DNA of 64,000 bases from Malacoraja senta (GCA_038087875.1 CM075987.1:18230001-18294000), one strand, 5' to 3'; positions 47,545 through 61,820 are shown, counted from the first letter of the stretch. The notes: generated by a model not told the origin, from the letters alone. Program-made: numbers and translations.

Positions 47545-50142
47545 TAGAGGAAGCCGCTGATTGGTGGAAGCGGACTAGAGGAAGCAGCTGATTGGGAGTA
47601 ACCCCAGATACTACCTTAATTAAGGTAAGAGGGGAGTATGAGGGCCAGGGCAGTTTACTGTTCTGGATGTCAGATGTGGGAAGTCATGGAGTCTGATAGC
47701 ATTCCAGATGTCCACATCTGCACCAGGTGCGTCGAGATGGGGCTCCTAAGGGTCCGTATTAGGAACCTGGAGCAGCAGCTCGATGACCTCCGTCTGGTCA
47801 GGGAGAGTGAGGAAGTCATAGAGAGGAGTGATAGAGAGGTGGTCACTCCAAGACCACGGGAGGCAGACAAGTGGGTCAGGGTTAGGAGGGGCCAGGGGCA
47901 GAGGCAGGTAATAGAGAGAACCCCGGTGGCTGTACACCTTGGCAATAAGTACTCCTGTTTGAGTACTGTTGGGGGAGACAGCCTATCTGGGGGTAGCGAC
48001 AGCAGCCGGGCCTCCAGCACAGAGACTGGCCCTGTTGCTCAGAAGGGTAAGGAAAAGAAGAGGAGGGCAATAGTAATAGGGGACTCTATAGTTAGGGTGT
48101 CAGATAGGCGATTCTGTGGACACAGTCAGGAGACCCGGATGGTAGTTTGCCTCCCTGGTGCCAGGGTCTGGGATGTGTCTGAACGTGTCCAAGATATCCT
48201 GAACTGGGAGGGAGAGGAGCCAGAGGTCGTGGTACATATAGGTACCAATGACATTGGTAGTAAAAAGGGAAGAGGTCCTGATAGGAGAATTTAGGGAGTT
48301 AGGAAGAGAGTTAAGGAGAAGGACCGCAAAAGTAATAATCTCAGGATTACTGCGTGTGCCATAATGAGAGTAGGAATGGCGTGAGGTGGAGGAATAATGC
48401 GTGACTGAGGGACTGGTGCAGAGGGCAGGGATTCACGTTTCTGGATCATTGGAACCTCTTTTGGGGAAGGTGTGACCTGTACAAAAAGGACGGGTTGCAC
48501 TTGAACCCGAGTGGAACCAATATCCTGGCGGGGAGATTTGCAAAGGCTACTGGGGAGACTTTAAACTAGAACGGTCGGGGGGAGGGACTCAAATAGAGAA
48601 AGCTAGTAGACAGTGTGTGAGGCAGGAGGCAGAGAAGGGAAGCACTCAGACCCAACATGTAGGGGAGAAAGAAGAAAAAGACAATAAACAGAGAATAAGA
48701 GGTGGTGGGTTTCTTAAATGTGTATATTTTAATGCTAGGAGCACTGTAAGAAAGGTGGATGAGCTTAGAGCCGGGATTGACACCTGAAAGTATGATGTTG
48801 TGGCGATTAGTGAAACATGGTTGCAGGATGGCTGTGATTGGAAACTAAATATTCCAGGATTTCATTGCTTCAGGTGTGATAGAATTGGAGGGGCAAGAGG
48901 TGGAGGTGTTGCATTGCTTGTCAGGGAAGATATTACAGTAGTGCTTTGGCAGGATAGATTAGAGGGCTCGTCTAGGGAGGCTATTTGGGTGGAACTGAGA
49001 AATGGGAAAGGTGTAGCAACACTTATAGGGGTGTTTTATAGACCGCCAAATGGGGAGCGAGAATTGGAAGAGCAAATATGTAAGGAGATAGCAGTAAGGA
49101 GTAAGCACGAGGTAGTGATTGTGGGAGATTTCAATTTTCCACACATAGACTGGGAAACACATTCTGTAAAAGGGCTGGATGGTTTGGAGTTTGTAAAATG
49201 TGTGCAGGATAGTTTTTTGCAGCAATACATAAAGGTACCTACTAGAGAAGGGGCAGTGCTGGACCTCCTGTTAGGAAATGAGACAGGTCAGGTGACGGAG
49301 GTATGTGTTGGGGAGCACTTCGGGTCCAATGATCACAATACGATTAGTTTCAATATAATTATGGAGAAGGTCAGAACTGGACCAAGGGTTGAGATTTTTG
49401 ATTGGAGAAAGGATAACTTTGAGGAGATGCGAATGGATGTAAAAGGAGTGAATTGGGACATGTTGTTTTATGGGAAGGATGTAGAAGAGAAATGGAGGAC
49501 ATTTAAAGGTGACATTTTAAGAGTACAGAATCTTTATGTCCCTGTTCGGTTGAAAGGAAAGAGTAATAATTGGAAAGAGCCATGGTTTTCAAGGGAAATT
49601 GGACACAGTTCGGAAAAAGGCCGGTGACTAGTGGGGTGCCTCAGGGATCTGTGTTGGGTCCACTGTTGTTTGTCATATACATCAATGATCTGGATGATGG
49701 TGTGGTAAATTGGATTAGTAAGTATGCAGATGATACTAAGATAGGTGGTGTTGTGGATAATGAAGTAGATTTTCAAAGTCTACAGAGAGATTTAGGCCAT
49801 TTGGAAGAGTGGGCTGAATAATGGCAGATGGAGTTTAATGCTGATAAGTGTGAGACACTACATCTTGGTAGGATAAATCAAAATAGGACGTACATGGTAA
49901 ATGGTAGCGAATTGAGGAATGCAGTTGGACAGAGGGATCTAGGAATAACTGTGCATAGTTCCCTGAAGGTGGAATCTCATGTCAATAGGGTGGTAAAGAA
50001 AGCTTTTGGTGTGCTGGCCTTTATAAATCATAGCATTGAGTATAGAAGTTGGGATGTAATGTTAAAATTGTACAAGGGATTGGTGAGGCCAATTCTGGAA
50101 TATGGTGTACAATTCTGGTAGCCAAATTATAGGAAATATGTC
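47545..50142 (+). mobile_element. CR1 with 5' UTR, ORF1 (CxxC..CxxC, coiled coil, SGNH esterase), APE, internal deletion into RT; runs into the gap
   Basis: ORF 47638-48294 (CSGC..CTRC, VIGDSIVR, HIGTND), ORF 48800-49627 (SETWL, GDFNFP, NDH), deletion junction near 49610. Confidence 0.93.
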
Positions 50143-50342
50143 NNNNNNNNNNNNNNNNNNNNNNNNNNNNNNNNNNNNNNNNNNNNNNNNNNNNNNNNNN
50201 NNNNNNNNNNNNNNNNNNNNNNNNNNNNNNNNNNNNNNNNNNNNNNNNNNNNNNNNNNNNNNNNNNNNNNNNNNNNNNNNNNNNNNNNNNNNNNNNNNNN
50301 NNNNNNNNNNNNNNNNNNNNNNNNNNNNNNNNNNNNNNNNNN
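50143..50342. other. Assembly gap (200 N)
   Basis: Run of 200 N. Confidence 1.
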
Positions 50343-51410
50343 TCCTTCCGTATCTTGCTGGTGTGTAACCATAGGGCATCATGACTTGGTAAACAAACAA
50401 CAGTCAAGATGTCATCATACATCCAACAGTGAAATGTAAATCTTGCTGTTAAGTCCAGCATTTATTACTCTTTCCTGCCATGCCAAATGAGAAAGCGGTG
50501 CTTTGTCGTTTTTATTTAAGTTTCATTTATAAATAATGTTCAGATCATAAGGGCTCTTGATTCCAGTACACAACTCATGCACGGCAGGGCATCTGCATGT
50601 TAGAGAGAATATTTTGCCTCCCATACTAGGATATGACCCATCATTTGTGTCCTCAAGCAATGGCAACATTGCTAGGACTGTTCTGGGCGATCCATAAAGC
50701 ACTCAGCATAGTACATATTTGCTTGCCACATATTTTGCAAGATTGAGGGTTCGGCTCTTGCCCACCTGATCTATGGGGAACAGTTGTAGAAAAATGAAAA
50801 TAGGAGGAGGGAACAAAAAGGCAGCGACGAGAGCTCCCTGCTGGCTAAGGTGCCTCAGACTCTGCAGACCATAATGTAATACCCAGAATCACCACTCAGC
50901 CACACTTCCTGCCTTTATTATGGAGTATTACAGTATCTACTGGCCCACAATAGCAAAATAAATACCAACTCCAGTATAGCATTTTAAACTTGTAAACTAA
51001 AATGGTTGAAATGCCTTACAATCTGGAAAATGAGAGTCTGGAATGTTTTCTAGTCCCAAACCAGATCAATGGCATTTTTACTTGTTCATCTAAATGATGG
51101 ATGTAAGGACCCAAAGAAACCATTATAAATATCTGATTTTCCAAAACAAACTGAAACCTCCTCGCCTTCATAAGTTTTCTTTAGAAAAAATAAACCTTCT
51201 AGTTGTGCCCTCTAGTCTGACATGTCCACTCTTCTTAAACATGTATAAAGAGTGGAAGTATCAAAGACTAGGGGGCATTTCTTTAAGGTGAGAGGGGCAA
51301 AATTTAAAGGAGAGGGTCGGTACAGGATTTCTTTTACATGGGGAATGGTGGGTGCCTGGAATGTGCTGCCAGGGGTGGTGTTAGAGGCAGATATGATAGT
51401 AGTGTTTAAT

Positions 51411-54400
51411 AATAAGATTAAACGAGAACTTACCTAAGTTTGAAGTTTGATCTTTATTTTATGAGGAGTTACGTAGGTGATTACGTGAAGAACCCCGCCA
51501 GTGCGCCTGCGCGTCAATCTTCAAAGCAGCGGTGTGAAATCACAAAAAACAACAACCGAAGTAATATAGTCTCATAATAAAACGAGTAATACAAGAACTT
51601 CCATCTGACCTTTATGATAGAGGGTAGGGTCGTGGCGGGCACGTAATCACCTACGTAACTCCTCATAAAATAAAGATCAAACTTCAAACTTAGGTAAGTT
51701 CTCGTTTAATCTTACTATTTTACTTCGGAGTCACGTGAGTGACTACGTGAAGATTTTAAAGCTTTGTAATTTCATGCCGTGGATCAATCCCGGCTTCTCA
51801 CTGCATTGATTGACTCGGAATGAGAAATAATCAATCATGCATTCATAATAACATTTGTACCACAAATGCAGTAATTCATTTCAATAATGAAATTAATCAG
51901 ATCCCCTTTAAACCAGAGGAATTTACACAGAACTTAAAATAGTTTCTGCAAACAATCCCGCATTAACAATAGGCCGATGGTAAAAATGTTGAAACATCAA
52001 CTCATTGGACCACCCGGCGGCTGCGAGGATATGGTCGACGGGGACGTCTTTTGCCCTGGCCGCCGACGTTTCTGCTGCCCTAGTCGAGTGAGACGTAAAA
52101 ACATAAGTGTTAATACCACCAGCTGTTAAGACTTCTTTTATCCATCTGGAAATAGTCTGTATTGAAACTGTATTGTGGTTTCTTGTGTGTGATCAACAAC
52201 CCAGTTTCCGTATTTCTCAAATTCTTTGTGACCTCAATGTATTGTAACAAATATGTCTTAACACAGAGACAAGGATCATTTGGATATGCTGCTAGCATAA
52301 TTTTAAATCCTGTCACACCTGGCCTAATTTGCTTTAGTAGGTCATAGTTGTCTTCAGTTACTTCCATACTGTCTATTTGTAATTTTCCAAGTGTTTGCAC
52401 TCGTTGTGCTGTCACTCATGCCATAAGCATGAATACTTTCATACTGAGCTTGGCCAAAGGTAAAGACACACTTGGTGACCATTCACGAAGTAGTTTCAGT
52501 ACCACACTTACATCCCAGATTGTCATGTACCTAGGTTTCGGTGGTTTGGAATTAAAGATTCCTTTCATTAGTCTGGAAACAATTGGGTTTCTTTCTGAAT
52601 CCAGAACCTAATATGAGGACAATGCATTTCTGGCTGAATTAATTGCACTACAACTCAGACCTTCATCATAATAAAGTTTTGACAGAAATTCTAAACATTT
52701 GAAATATCTGCAGTACTATATTGCACATTCTTTTGTACACAGAACTCTTCCCATTTCTTAATATAAGAAATGTACTGTTTTTGAGTGCTCTTCCGCCAGG
52801 CTGCCGTAAGCAGGTCCACAGTACGCTCAGACAGTCCTCGCCCCAGAAAAGGCCTTCTTAAGACCTGCAAATCAACAAATCCAAACAATCATATAATGGA
52901 TGTTGTTCCCCTGTTACAGGGTGCAGCAATAAATTACCCCTTTTTGGGACTTTCATCAACATTTGTGTTGTTAATTCTAATATCAACAGATACCATGGCT
53001 GTGTAGGCCAATCTGGTACTACCAATACCCCTGAAGCAGCATCCTGCCTGATTTTAAGCAAACATTGGCTTATGAGGCAGAAAAGTGGAAATATATATGA
53101 AAACATACCACCCCAATGTAGCGAGAAAGCATCAATCGCCACTGCTCCTGGATCTGATTCCCATGAGACATATCTCGATAGCTGATGATTCAGTCTAGAT
53201 GCAAACAAGTCGATGTCGGGCATTCCAAATCTGATTACTATATCATTGAATACCTCTCGATTCAACATCCATTCTTATTATCATGGAACTTCCGTGACCT
53301 GGTGTCTGCTATCGTGTTCATTCTACCTGGTAGATAGATAGCTGAAATCCAAATGTTCTTTTCAATACACCCAGACCAAAGTTGATTAGCCATTTTGTCA
53401 CATGACCCCGACTTGATTCCACCCATATCATTAATATAGGCAACTGCTGTTGTTTATCAATTTGAACTTGAACATGCCTTTTAGTTGTGTTAGAACAATA
53501 AGCTTGGAGTCTATAGAAACATCCTAAAACTCCAAATAGTTAACTCCCCATTTCTGCAGTAACAATGACTCTTCCTGATTCCATCTGCCTCTGCAGCTAG
53601 ATGCTAAGTCAGTTGCACCCCATCCTAGTGCACTGGCATCAGTTTGTAATATCATGGAAGGTTGTTCAATCAGCACTTTGCTGGAACTGTTTGAGACATG
53701 TAGAATCCACCACTGCAGATCAGAAACAGCATTTGTTGTTAGTTGCATGGTTCTATCAAAATGACCAGCATGCATTCTCAGTGCCTGTTCTTTAACTCTC
53801 TGCAGCTGTTGATAATGTAATGGTCCGTATTGGACTGCTGGGAATGCTGCTACTAATTTTCCCTAGTACTCGAGCCACCTGTCTGATTGAGGGTTTTTGC
53901 TCGTTTAACAGATTACTGCAATCTTTAATCAACTCCACCCTTTTTTCACTGGGCAAAGTAATTTTCATTTGGACTGAATCAATTGTGAACCCCAAATAAT
54001 CAATCGAGGTACATGGTGTTAACCTTGATTTCTTTGGATGAATTAGAAACCCCAAACTTTCAAAAGTTGATTTCACAACTGCAACAGATGCTTCTGTTGA
54101 CAGTTTTGTCCTTCCTATAATCAGGACATCATCCAAGTATGCCATTAGTACATGCCCCTGGCTTCTCAGCAACCCCAGAATTGGTTTTAACAATTTTGTG
54201 AATATTCTGGGAGCGGACGTTAACCCATTAGGCAAAGCTTTGAACTGCCATAACTAGTTCATCCATGTAAATCTATAGTTGCCATATGACATGCTTCTGA
54301 AATAAGTTGTTTGGCAGTCACAAATGTCTCCCTTTTAAAATGTTTAAATTAAACAAAAGGATTCAGACTTGTCAAGTCTAGAATAATGCTACATCCTCTA

Positions 54401-56053
54401 TCCTTTTTTGATCGAGGGAATATATTTGACCCAAATTGGTGAATTTGGTAGACTGATTCTTCAATAACACCTTTTATATATAGGGTTTTGAAGCGCAGCT
54501 TGAACCTCCATTACTTCACAAAGTGGAGAGTTCTGCTAGGAACATGCTGGACAGGCAAATCATAATTTGGATTGAATTCAATTCGAAATCCTTGTATATT
54601 ATTCAGAATTACCACATCTGAAGTAATCTTCTTCCAATGTTTATAGAAGAGACGTAATCTGCCTCCAACTTTTGGACTTAATCCAGTTAGTATGTTCCCA
54701 TGAGAACCAGGTCCACCTACCTCTTGAGTCATTTGAGTATTCTGAGATCCCTGGATTCTCCCGGAAGCACCACCACTGGTTCTTACTCCCGCTGCAGGCC
54801 GCCAGCTACGTCCCTGCGTTAATGAGCGACTTGGTCCTGGTCTAGGATCCGTATGACGTCTGAAAGGATACTTCCTCTTTACAGACTTTGCAACCATTGA
54901 TGTTTTTATCAATCCTGTTTTCGCTTCATCTTCCAACTCTTTAATACGTCTCCCGAGATCCTCTCCAAAGAGTAAGTTGGGTAATTGTATATTACTTGGT
55001 TTGCAGAGTGCTGCGAATTGCGGATTCATAGTAGGCCGTATAGCACCTTCCTCATATAATTGATCTCGAAGTGGGTGCTGCATAGCAACCCCAGTGCTTC
55101 CTGATGCAACTTCGTCATCTCTTGGCTGTTATCTGCTATTCTGGTAAAAGCAGTTATTCCAGAACCCAGCAGCTTTAATATTCTCTGCAACTGATTCCAG
55201 ATAATTTGGTTCACTGCTGCTGCTTTCAGCAACCCACAGTTACTTGGGGTCTCCTGCTTTCTTGCAGTCTCATCCATCTCCTGTTGTTCCAGCTGATGGT
55301 AAACCAAGTAATTTATTAAGGAGGCCAGTTCTTCTCCTAATGGCTCTCCTGATCCTGTCCCTGACTGGCAGCTGCCGTTCATCGCCTTGTACAGCCTCAC
55401 CGTCAGAGTCGGGGTCTGAAATCTCATGACCCGTAGCACGCTCCTCATCCCTGAGGGTGCATTCCATCAGCCCTGTGCCAGGTGCTGTTGAGCTGCTTCC
55501 AGCAGCTTGGATTTCAGTACACTCCTTCCTGAGTGAACTTTGCTCCAAGAGCCTATGTAAAATGCTTTCTATTTGGGCAATACGCTCGAAAGCAGTATCT
55601 AGCCCTGGAGCTACTTCCATTGCCTGGGACTCCCTCCGTGGGCCGTTGGGATTTAAACTTCGTGTTTTGCCCGACAGGCGCTGACTGTGTTTTCACCAGC
55701 CCCAGGTCCACAGTCGCTATGCTCACCGCTGGCGACTGTACCGGGGTTTAGAGGCGGTTGGTCGCTAACCGCAGACTCCCGACTTTCCCGACTTTCTGTC
55801 GGCTGTGTCGCTCGCCTCTTCCCCCTGATCCTTTTTTCCCATGGCGTCTGTGGAAAAAAATCCCCATAGACCCACAGTAAACGGACCTTGAAAACATGAA
55901 AAAAGTTTCTACTTACCTTGTAGTTGAAAAACTACAAACCACTGGAGGAGCTCTGCTCCTCACGTCCATTTGCGTCAAGGCGTCTGACGTAATGACGCGC
56001 AGGCGCACTGGCGGGGTTCTTCACGTAGTCACTCGCGTGACTCCGAAGTAAAA
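51411..56053 (-). mobile_element. Full-length but mutated DIRS1-type tyrosine-recombinase retrotransposon
   Basis: ITR core 51482-51516 / 55993-56027; ICR 51640-51753 complementary to both outer ends; gag-like LFGEDL, RT (PNGLTSAPRIFTK, YLDD), RNase H (QTDASALGWGA), MTase-like (DLFAS), YR (AQRVQ, HSTR, GW, FY). Sits inside an old CR1 fragment (51240-51410 / 56054-56190); no TSD seen. Confidence 0.93.
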
Positions 56054-57394
56054 CTGGCTTTTAGATAGACACATGGATATACAAGGAATGGAAGGATACG
56101 GATCACATGCATGTAGAGGGGATTAGTTAACTTGACATATTTTTTAGCGGGGCACTGGGCCAAAGGAGCAGTTCCTGTGCAGTATAATTGTCTGAATGCA
56201 GTACAAATGTCTGAAAGTGCAACTCTCTGAATTCTTCTCTTCTGCAGTTTGATAGTTTGTGCAAAATTAACTATTTTTGATTTTGTCATCCATTGCAATA
56301 AATACAGATTGAACTAGCCATGGGTATTTTTATATGTTTGCATACGTTCACCAGGCAGAATCAAAGAAAGAATGAAGATTGTTCTTGTGTTTGAAAGTAA
56401 ATTTAAAATGACACCTTCACTGTGGAGGTACATTGCTGTGCCAATGCATTTACTTGGGTTGTTCAGACTTTGATGCACGATAAAGTCTTTTTACTGGGTT
56501 GTTCTTGAAGTTCACTGCTGCAGTTGAACTAATGTATTGTGCATGGCATTGTTTAGTGTCAAAAGGGAATTAATGAAAATCCAATGGAAGGTCATCTATT
56601 TTCCCACTGAAATAGAAAATCAATAAATTGACGCTGACAACATAAAATTTGACTCCCTGAGGTGTTACTTTATATTTCTTCCTTCATATAATGTTCATCT
56701 GATTAGCTGCAGATATTTTGTCTTCTCAGGTTTTCGTCCAAACCCCTGGAGTATTTTTAATTTTCCATCTTCTGGATTGCTTTTGTCAGCACTATTCCCC
56801 TTTTGGTGATTAATTGTCAAAACCTTCTCTTGGCTCAGACAGCACCATTTGGATTAATTTCCCTTTTCTTTGATTTTGGCACTGCAATCTGAAATGTTTG
56901 ATCTGACTTAAAGAAGTGATTTTATCCATTGCCCATATTGGTGTTTTGGAAAAAGCTATTAACTCCCTGGCTCAGTGCCTGTACTTCTGTCGTTTTTTAA
57001 ATTTCCAAATATTTATTGAATTCTTTTTTTAGAGATTCTTGATAAGACCTTTCATTCACATTTCAAACAGTAAATTATAGATTATTGAGTAAAATGCAAG
57101 GTGTTGGAGGAATCAGCTGGTCAGGCAGCATCTGTGGAGGGGATGGATGGGTGACATTCTGGGTCGGGATCCTTCTGACAGACCACTGTTACCTGATGCC
57201 TCCTTGGTCTGTGCAGTGTGGAAATGCATTGTTAAGGAGACCATTCAGCCCTTTATATTCATACCAGCCAGAAAACTCCTGTGCCATTAAATCCCATACT
57301 TTAATGTTTAGCTGGTTGTCGACACGGCAGATTACGTGCTGATCAAGTACTTTTAGAAATGTGAGTATTTCCTCCTCTACAACCATTTGATACA

Positions 57395-57930
57395 AATACA
57401 TCTATTGATGCTCCTGAACACATCATCAGTGATGTAACCTGAGGTTATTGGGTGTTTCGGGTCTTTCAACATCAGACATCCTCGCCCTGGTGACCCAGCT
57501 GTAGTTGATCAGACCACGACTTGTGTTCAGGTGGCATTCGCAACTCCCCATGGACCTCCTCTCCTGATCCAGAGCCATCTCGAGGCCTTCTCCGCTGCCT
57601 CAGTGGTGTTCATGATGGCTCTTCTCTCCATTCCCTTGATGCCCAGTGGACTCAAGGCTTTGTAGAGCGATTGCCCTGCAAAAGCTCTGCAACCAACCTC
57701 GATGGGCACACACCTTGCCTTCCAGCCCTGCTTACGGCAGTCTATGACCAGCTCTTCGTACGTGGTCATCTTCCTCTCGTGGGCCTCCTCCAGACGGTCC
57801 TCCCACGGCATTGTCAGTTCCAACAAGACGATATTTTTGGTCGCCGCTGAGACCAGGAGGATGTCTGGCCTCAGGGTGGCTGTGGCAATGTGCTATGGGA
57901 ACTTCAGCTGTTTCACCAGTAATGTCACAC
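57395..57930 (-). mobile_element. HERO (R2 group) non-LTR retrotransposon 3' fragment with restriction-like endonuclease
   Basis: LRPDILLVS...LELTMPWEDRLEEAHERK..Y...PIEVGCR...AEKASRWLWIRR. Confidence 0.8.
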
Positions 57931-57952
57931 CTCACTGAAGTCTGGTGGGTGA

Positions 57953-58417
57953 AGGGTCTGTCCCACTTGGCTATCATTTGCGCGCCATTAACGCGACCTC
58001 CAAAAATGTGGTCATCGCGTTGTGACGCACGGGTAGCGTGTGGGTAGCGCGGGCCGGGCGCATGGAGAGGTGTGGAGTTGCGCACGGTATCGCGCGGCGC
58101 TCCAGGATTTCGTGCTGCACCAAATCCTCGCGCGCCACCTGCGTGACGTATCGCATACGCACGCTGACACATTGGGTACGCACGCTGACGCTTTGCCGTC
58201 GCACTCTGGCGTCCCGACGTCTCACGTATATAGCGTGGTGACGCATGGTTACGTCACCGTGCGTAACCATGCGTCGCCGCGCGCCGCAGGGTATTCTAAT
58301 GACGTCACGCGCACCAGACGGCATGATGACGCGTGATTTGCGCGCAACGTCGCGTCGACCTATTTTACATATGACGCGTAAATGAGGCGCAAATGACGGC
58401 CAAGTGGGACAGGCCCT
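57953..58417. mobile_element. PIF/Harbinger-like MITE (465 bp)
   Basis: TIR AGGG(T/C)CTGTCCCACTTGGC; 3-bp TSD TGA (57950-57952 / 58418-58420); CpG-rich interior. Confidence 0.85.
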
Positions 58418-58532
58418 TGAGGTTACATCTCATATGGATGCTGTCGACGGTGGGGAGGGTGTATGAGACTGTCCACCACTCTCTGCAGCCTCTTGCATTC
58501 TTGTGTGTTGGAATTGCTGTATGATGCCTTGA

Positions 58533-58901
<369 letters not shown>

Positions 58902-59264
58902 TGACCATAATTGTTGCTGTCATAAAACTGACCAGCTTCAGTTTTTATAACAGATGGTATTATCAAACAGAACTTTTACAGAACACTCAGTAATGCAGTG
59001 TCGTAACACACCATGCAGAAACAACTAGAAGGACTTCACACGCAGTTAGTTATTTTGTGAAAGTACAACAGCTATATATTGAGCAGAACAAGATCACAGA
59101 CAGAACTGAGAGTCTGGAGTGTGTGGCATAGAATGCAGAATGAGTAACAGTCTCCTGAAGGCTTTGCTTATTTTTGTTTCTGGAAGTTATTCTTTGTCGT
59201 TGCTGTGAGGAGGGGATGTATGTTTGTACATGTCATGATATCTCATGTTGCACAAATGCAGACA

Positions 59265-59720
59265 CAAAGACACAATAAACTGCAGTTGTTGGAGCCTTGA
59301 GCCAAGAACAAGCTCAGCAGGTCAGGCAGCATCTGTGGAGGAAATGGATGGACATCATTTTGAGTCAGGACCTTTCTTCAGGTTGATAGCATAGGGTGGA
59401 GAATGCTGGAAAAGAGAGGTGGGGTGGGTAAAGCCTGGCAATGGGGAGGTGGACACAGGCGAGGGTGGGTGATTGGAAGTTGGGTGGAGTAAGTGGCAAA
59501 GGCTAGATGTGAAATTGAGACAAAAGTTGTCAGATAAAGAAGGAAGAGGAGAGTAATGTGAAGCCTGAATGAGGATGTATATGGGTGAAAGGGGAGAAGG
59601 GAAAGTGGGGGCAAATATGGGACTGGGATGGAAGGTGGGGAAAGGGAGCAGAGTGATGGGGTGGAGGGAGCTGCTGGGAGAAATGTCTGGGGGTGAGGGG
59701 TGGCAGGGAAAGAGAGTTGG
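59265..59720 (-). mobile_element. Old Penelope-like 3'/pLTR remnant
   Basis: CTGAAGAAAGGTCCTGACTCAAAATG...CAGATGCTGCCTGACCTGCTGAG on the minus strand, with a pyrimidine-rich region upstream. Confidence 0.6.
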
Positions 59721-60344
59721 GTTATTGCATAAAATGCAGATGCAGGTTGACTTAACTGATGGCTTTACTTCCAGATTTGGTTCTTTGATGCTGTTATTTA
59801 ATTCGTTAAGTTCCCCCAACTTGAAAGATCTCTATGCTTTGTTTCCTGGAAGAATCTATGGAGTGTTTTATACTTTTGGGGGAAATCCATGAGATTAGTA
59901 GGAGAAAAATACAAACTGCTGGAGGAACTCAATGGACATTTGGGGTCGAGACATCAGCGTATGCCGTCTCTTATGTCTCCAGATTAATGGGTGACATTTA
60001 TTCAACATGACAGTGGCAATGCAGATGAAATTGGATGAAAAGTTGTTTCGTGAAAATAAGATGCAAATGTTCTTCCTAGAACTATAAAATCGATTTGTTA
60101 CAGTCTTCCATGATAGGACAGTCAGGAACAATGTCAGGGAGGACTTGAAGAATAGGTAAACAAGCCAAGAAAAATGATGCATTTGGTTACACGTACAGAT
60201 GTCACAAAGAGATTTGCAACCATTGTGTTACCTTTTTAAGTGGCTACTGGTTGTAGGCTACCGAACCTGGCTGTAACATTAACTTAACTCAGGACTCCAA
60301 GTCAATCTTTTTATAATTCTTTGGGATCCTTTATGTACTAGTGA

Positions 60345-60555
60345 AGGGCCTGTCCCACTTGGGCGTTATTTGCGCGTCATTTACGCGACATAATTTACGC
60401 GTCACGACGCATGGCGCGCGCATGGCGCATGGTGAGACGTGGTGGCCTAGGCAGTGACGCACGGTAGCACGCGGCGCCCCAGCATTTGGGGATTCTCAAA
60501 ATCCTTGCGCGCCACCTGCGTGACGCGCAAATGACGCCTAAGTGGGACAGGCCCT
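60345..60555. mobile_element. PIF/Harbinger-like MITE (211 bp), same family as 57953-58417
   Basis: TIR AGGGCCTGTCCCACTT; TSD TGA (60342-60344 / 60556-60558). Confidence 0.85.
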
Positions 60556-61304
60556 TGAACATTCAACATGTTGTCAGAGCACCCGCATTGCTGAAATTGG
60601 GAGCACTGCTTTTTGGACACTGCACTCAAGTGTCAATTTACATGAAAACATAAAATGCTTATCATTTGGACAGAGACATGGATAGGAAAAGTTTTGGGTG
60701 ATATGGGCCAAATGGGACTAGCTTAGATGGGGCATCTTGGTCGGCATGGACGAGATGGGCTAAAGGGCCTGTTCCTGTGCTGTATGGCACTGACTCTATG
60801 CTGGAAAAACTCAAAGTCAGACCATGTCTGAGAGGAGAGAAATTAAGTTACTTTTCAGGTCGAAGATCCTTCATCTGAAATGTGAAGGAGAGGAAAGAAG
60901 CAGCAGAGAGGGTGGGGGTGAAAGGGAATATTTTAAAGAATTCAACCATTTACATTTTCTGTTTGTTTTTCAGTTTGCATAATGTGCTCAATTCACAGAG
61001 TGCACTTGAGCCCACAACCTTCTGACTCAGAAGGAAGAATGTTAGCAGCTAAGTCACGGCCAACATTTAAAATCAGTGAGACTGGCAAATTTTCTTTCAG
61101 AGAATCTTTCTTAAAGACATGATTCAGAATCTGAAACATACCAATTAAAGCACACTTCCATCCTCAGTCAAGGATTTGGGTCAGTTGGCCACAGGCCATG
61201 TATTCTGTGGTCCATTCTGAAGGAGCTTGTATTGATGTTGCTTTGATGTTACCTGGGCCGGTTTGAGCCACTTTGGTACCTGTGGGAGCCTCCTTGTCTT
61301 TTTT

Positions 61305-61820
61305 TAAAAAAATCATTTAATTATTTATTTTTATTAGAAGTAAGTACAATTGTATACAATCATATTTTCATAATACATTTTATGTACAGCTTCTTATTTT
61401 TTTAATTTTGTAATAAAGAAGAAAAAGAAAAAGAAATTAGATAATGAAGAATAGAAAAATGTGAGATATATAGTGTGTGAAAAAGAAAAATAGAGAGTGA
61501 AAGAAGAAAGTTAAGAAATAGAAAATAGAAGAAAAAGAGTAAAAGAAGAAAAGAGAAGAAAAAGAAAAGAGAAGTAAGGAGATCGTATTTATAATCTTGA
61601 CCATTCCTCACCCAGTCACGGATTAGCTTTTACACTTGTGTAGCACCATATGTTTCCAAAAAGACGACAAATGGAGACCAACTCGTTATGAATTGGTCAA
61701 ATTTATCTATTAGGAGGAATCGCATTTCCTCAAAATGTGCGGTATCCAACATACTTGCAATCCACATTTTGAGCGTTGGTATTGGTGTATTTTTCCAAAA
61801 TTTCAATATTAATTTTAATT
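61305..61820 (-). mobile_element. L1-clade LINE 3' end
   Basis: KLILKFWKNTPIPTLKMWI...HFEEMRF...SWSPFV, T-rich 3' UTR, AATAAA and A-rich tail. Confidence 0.8.
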
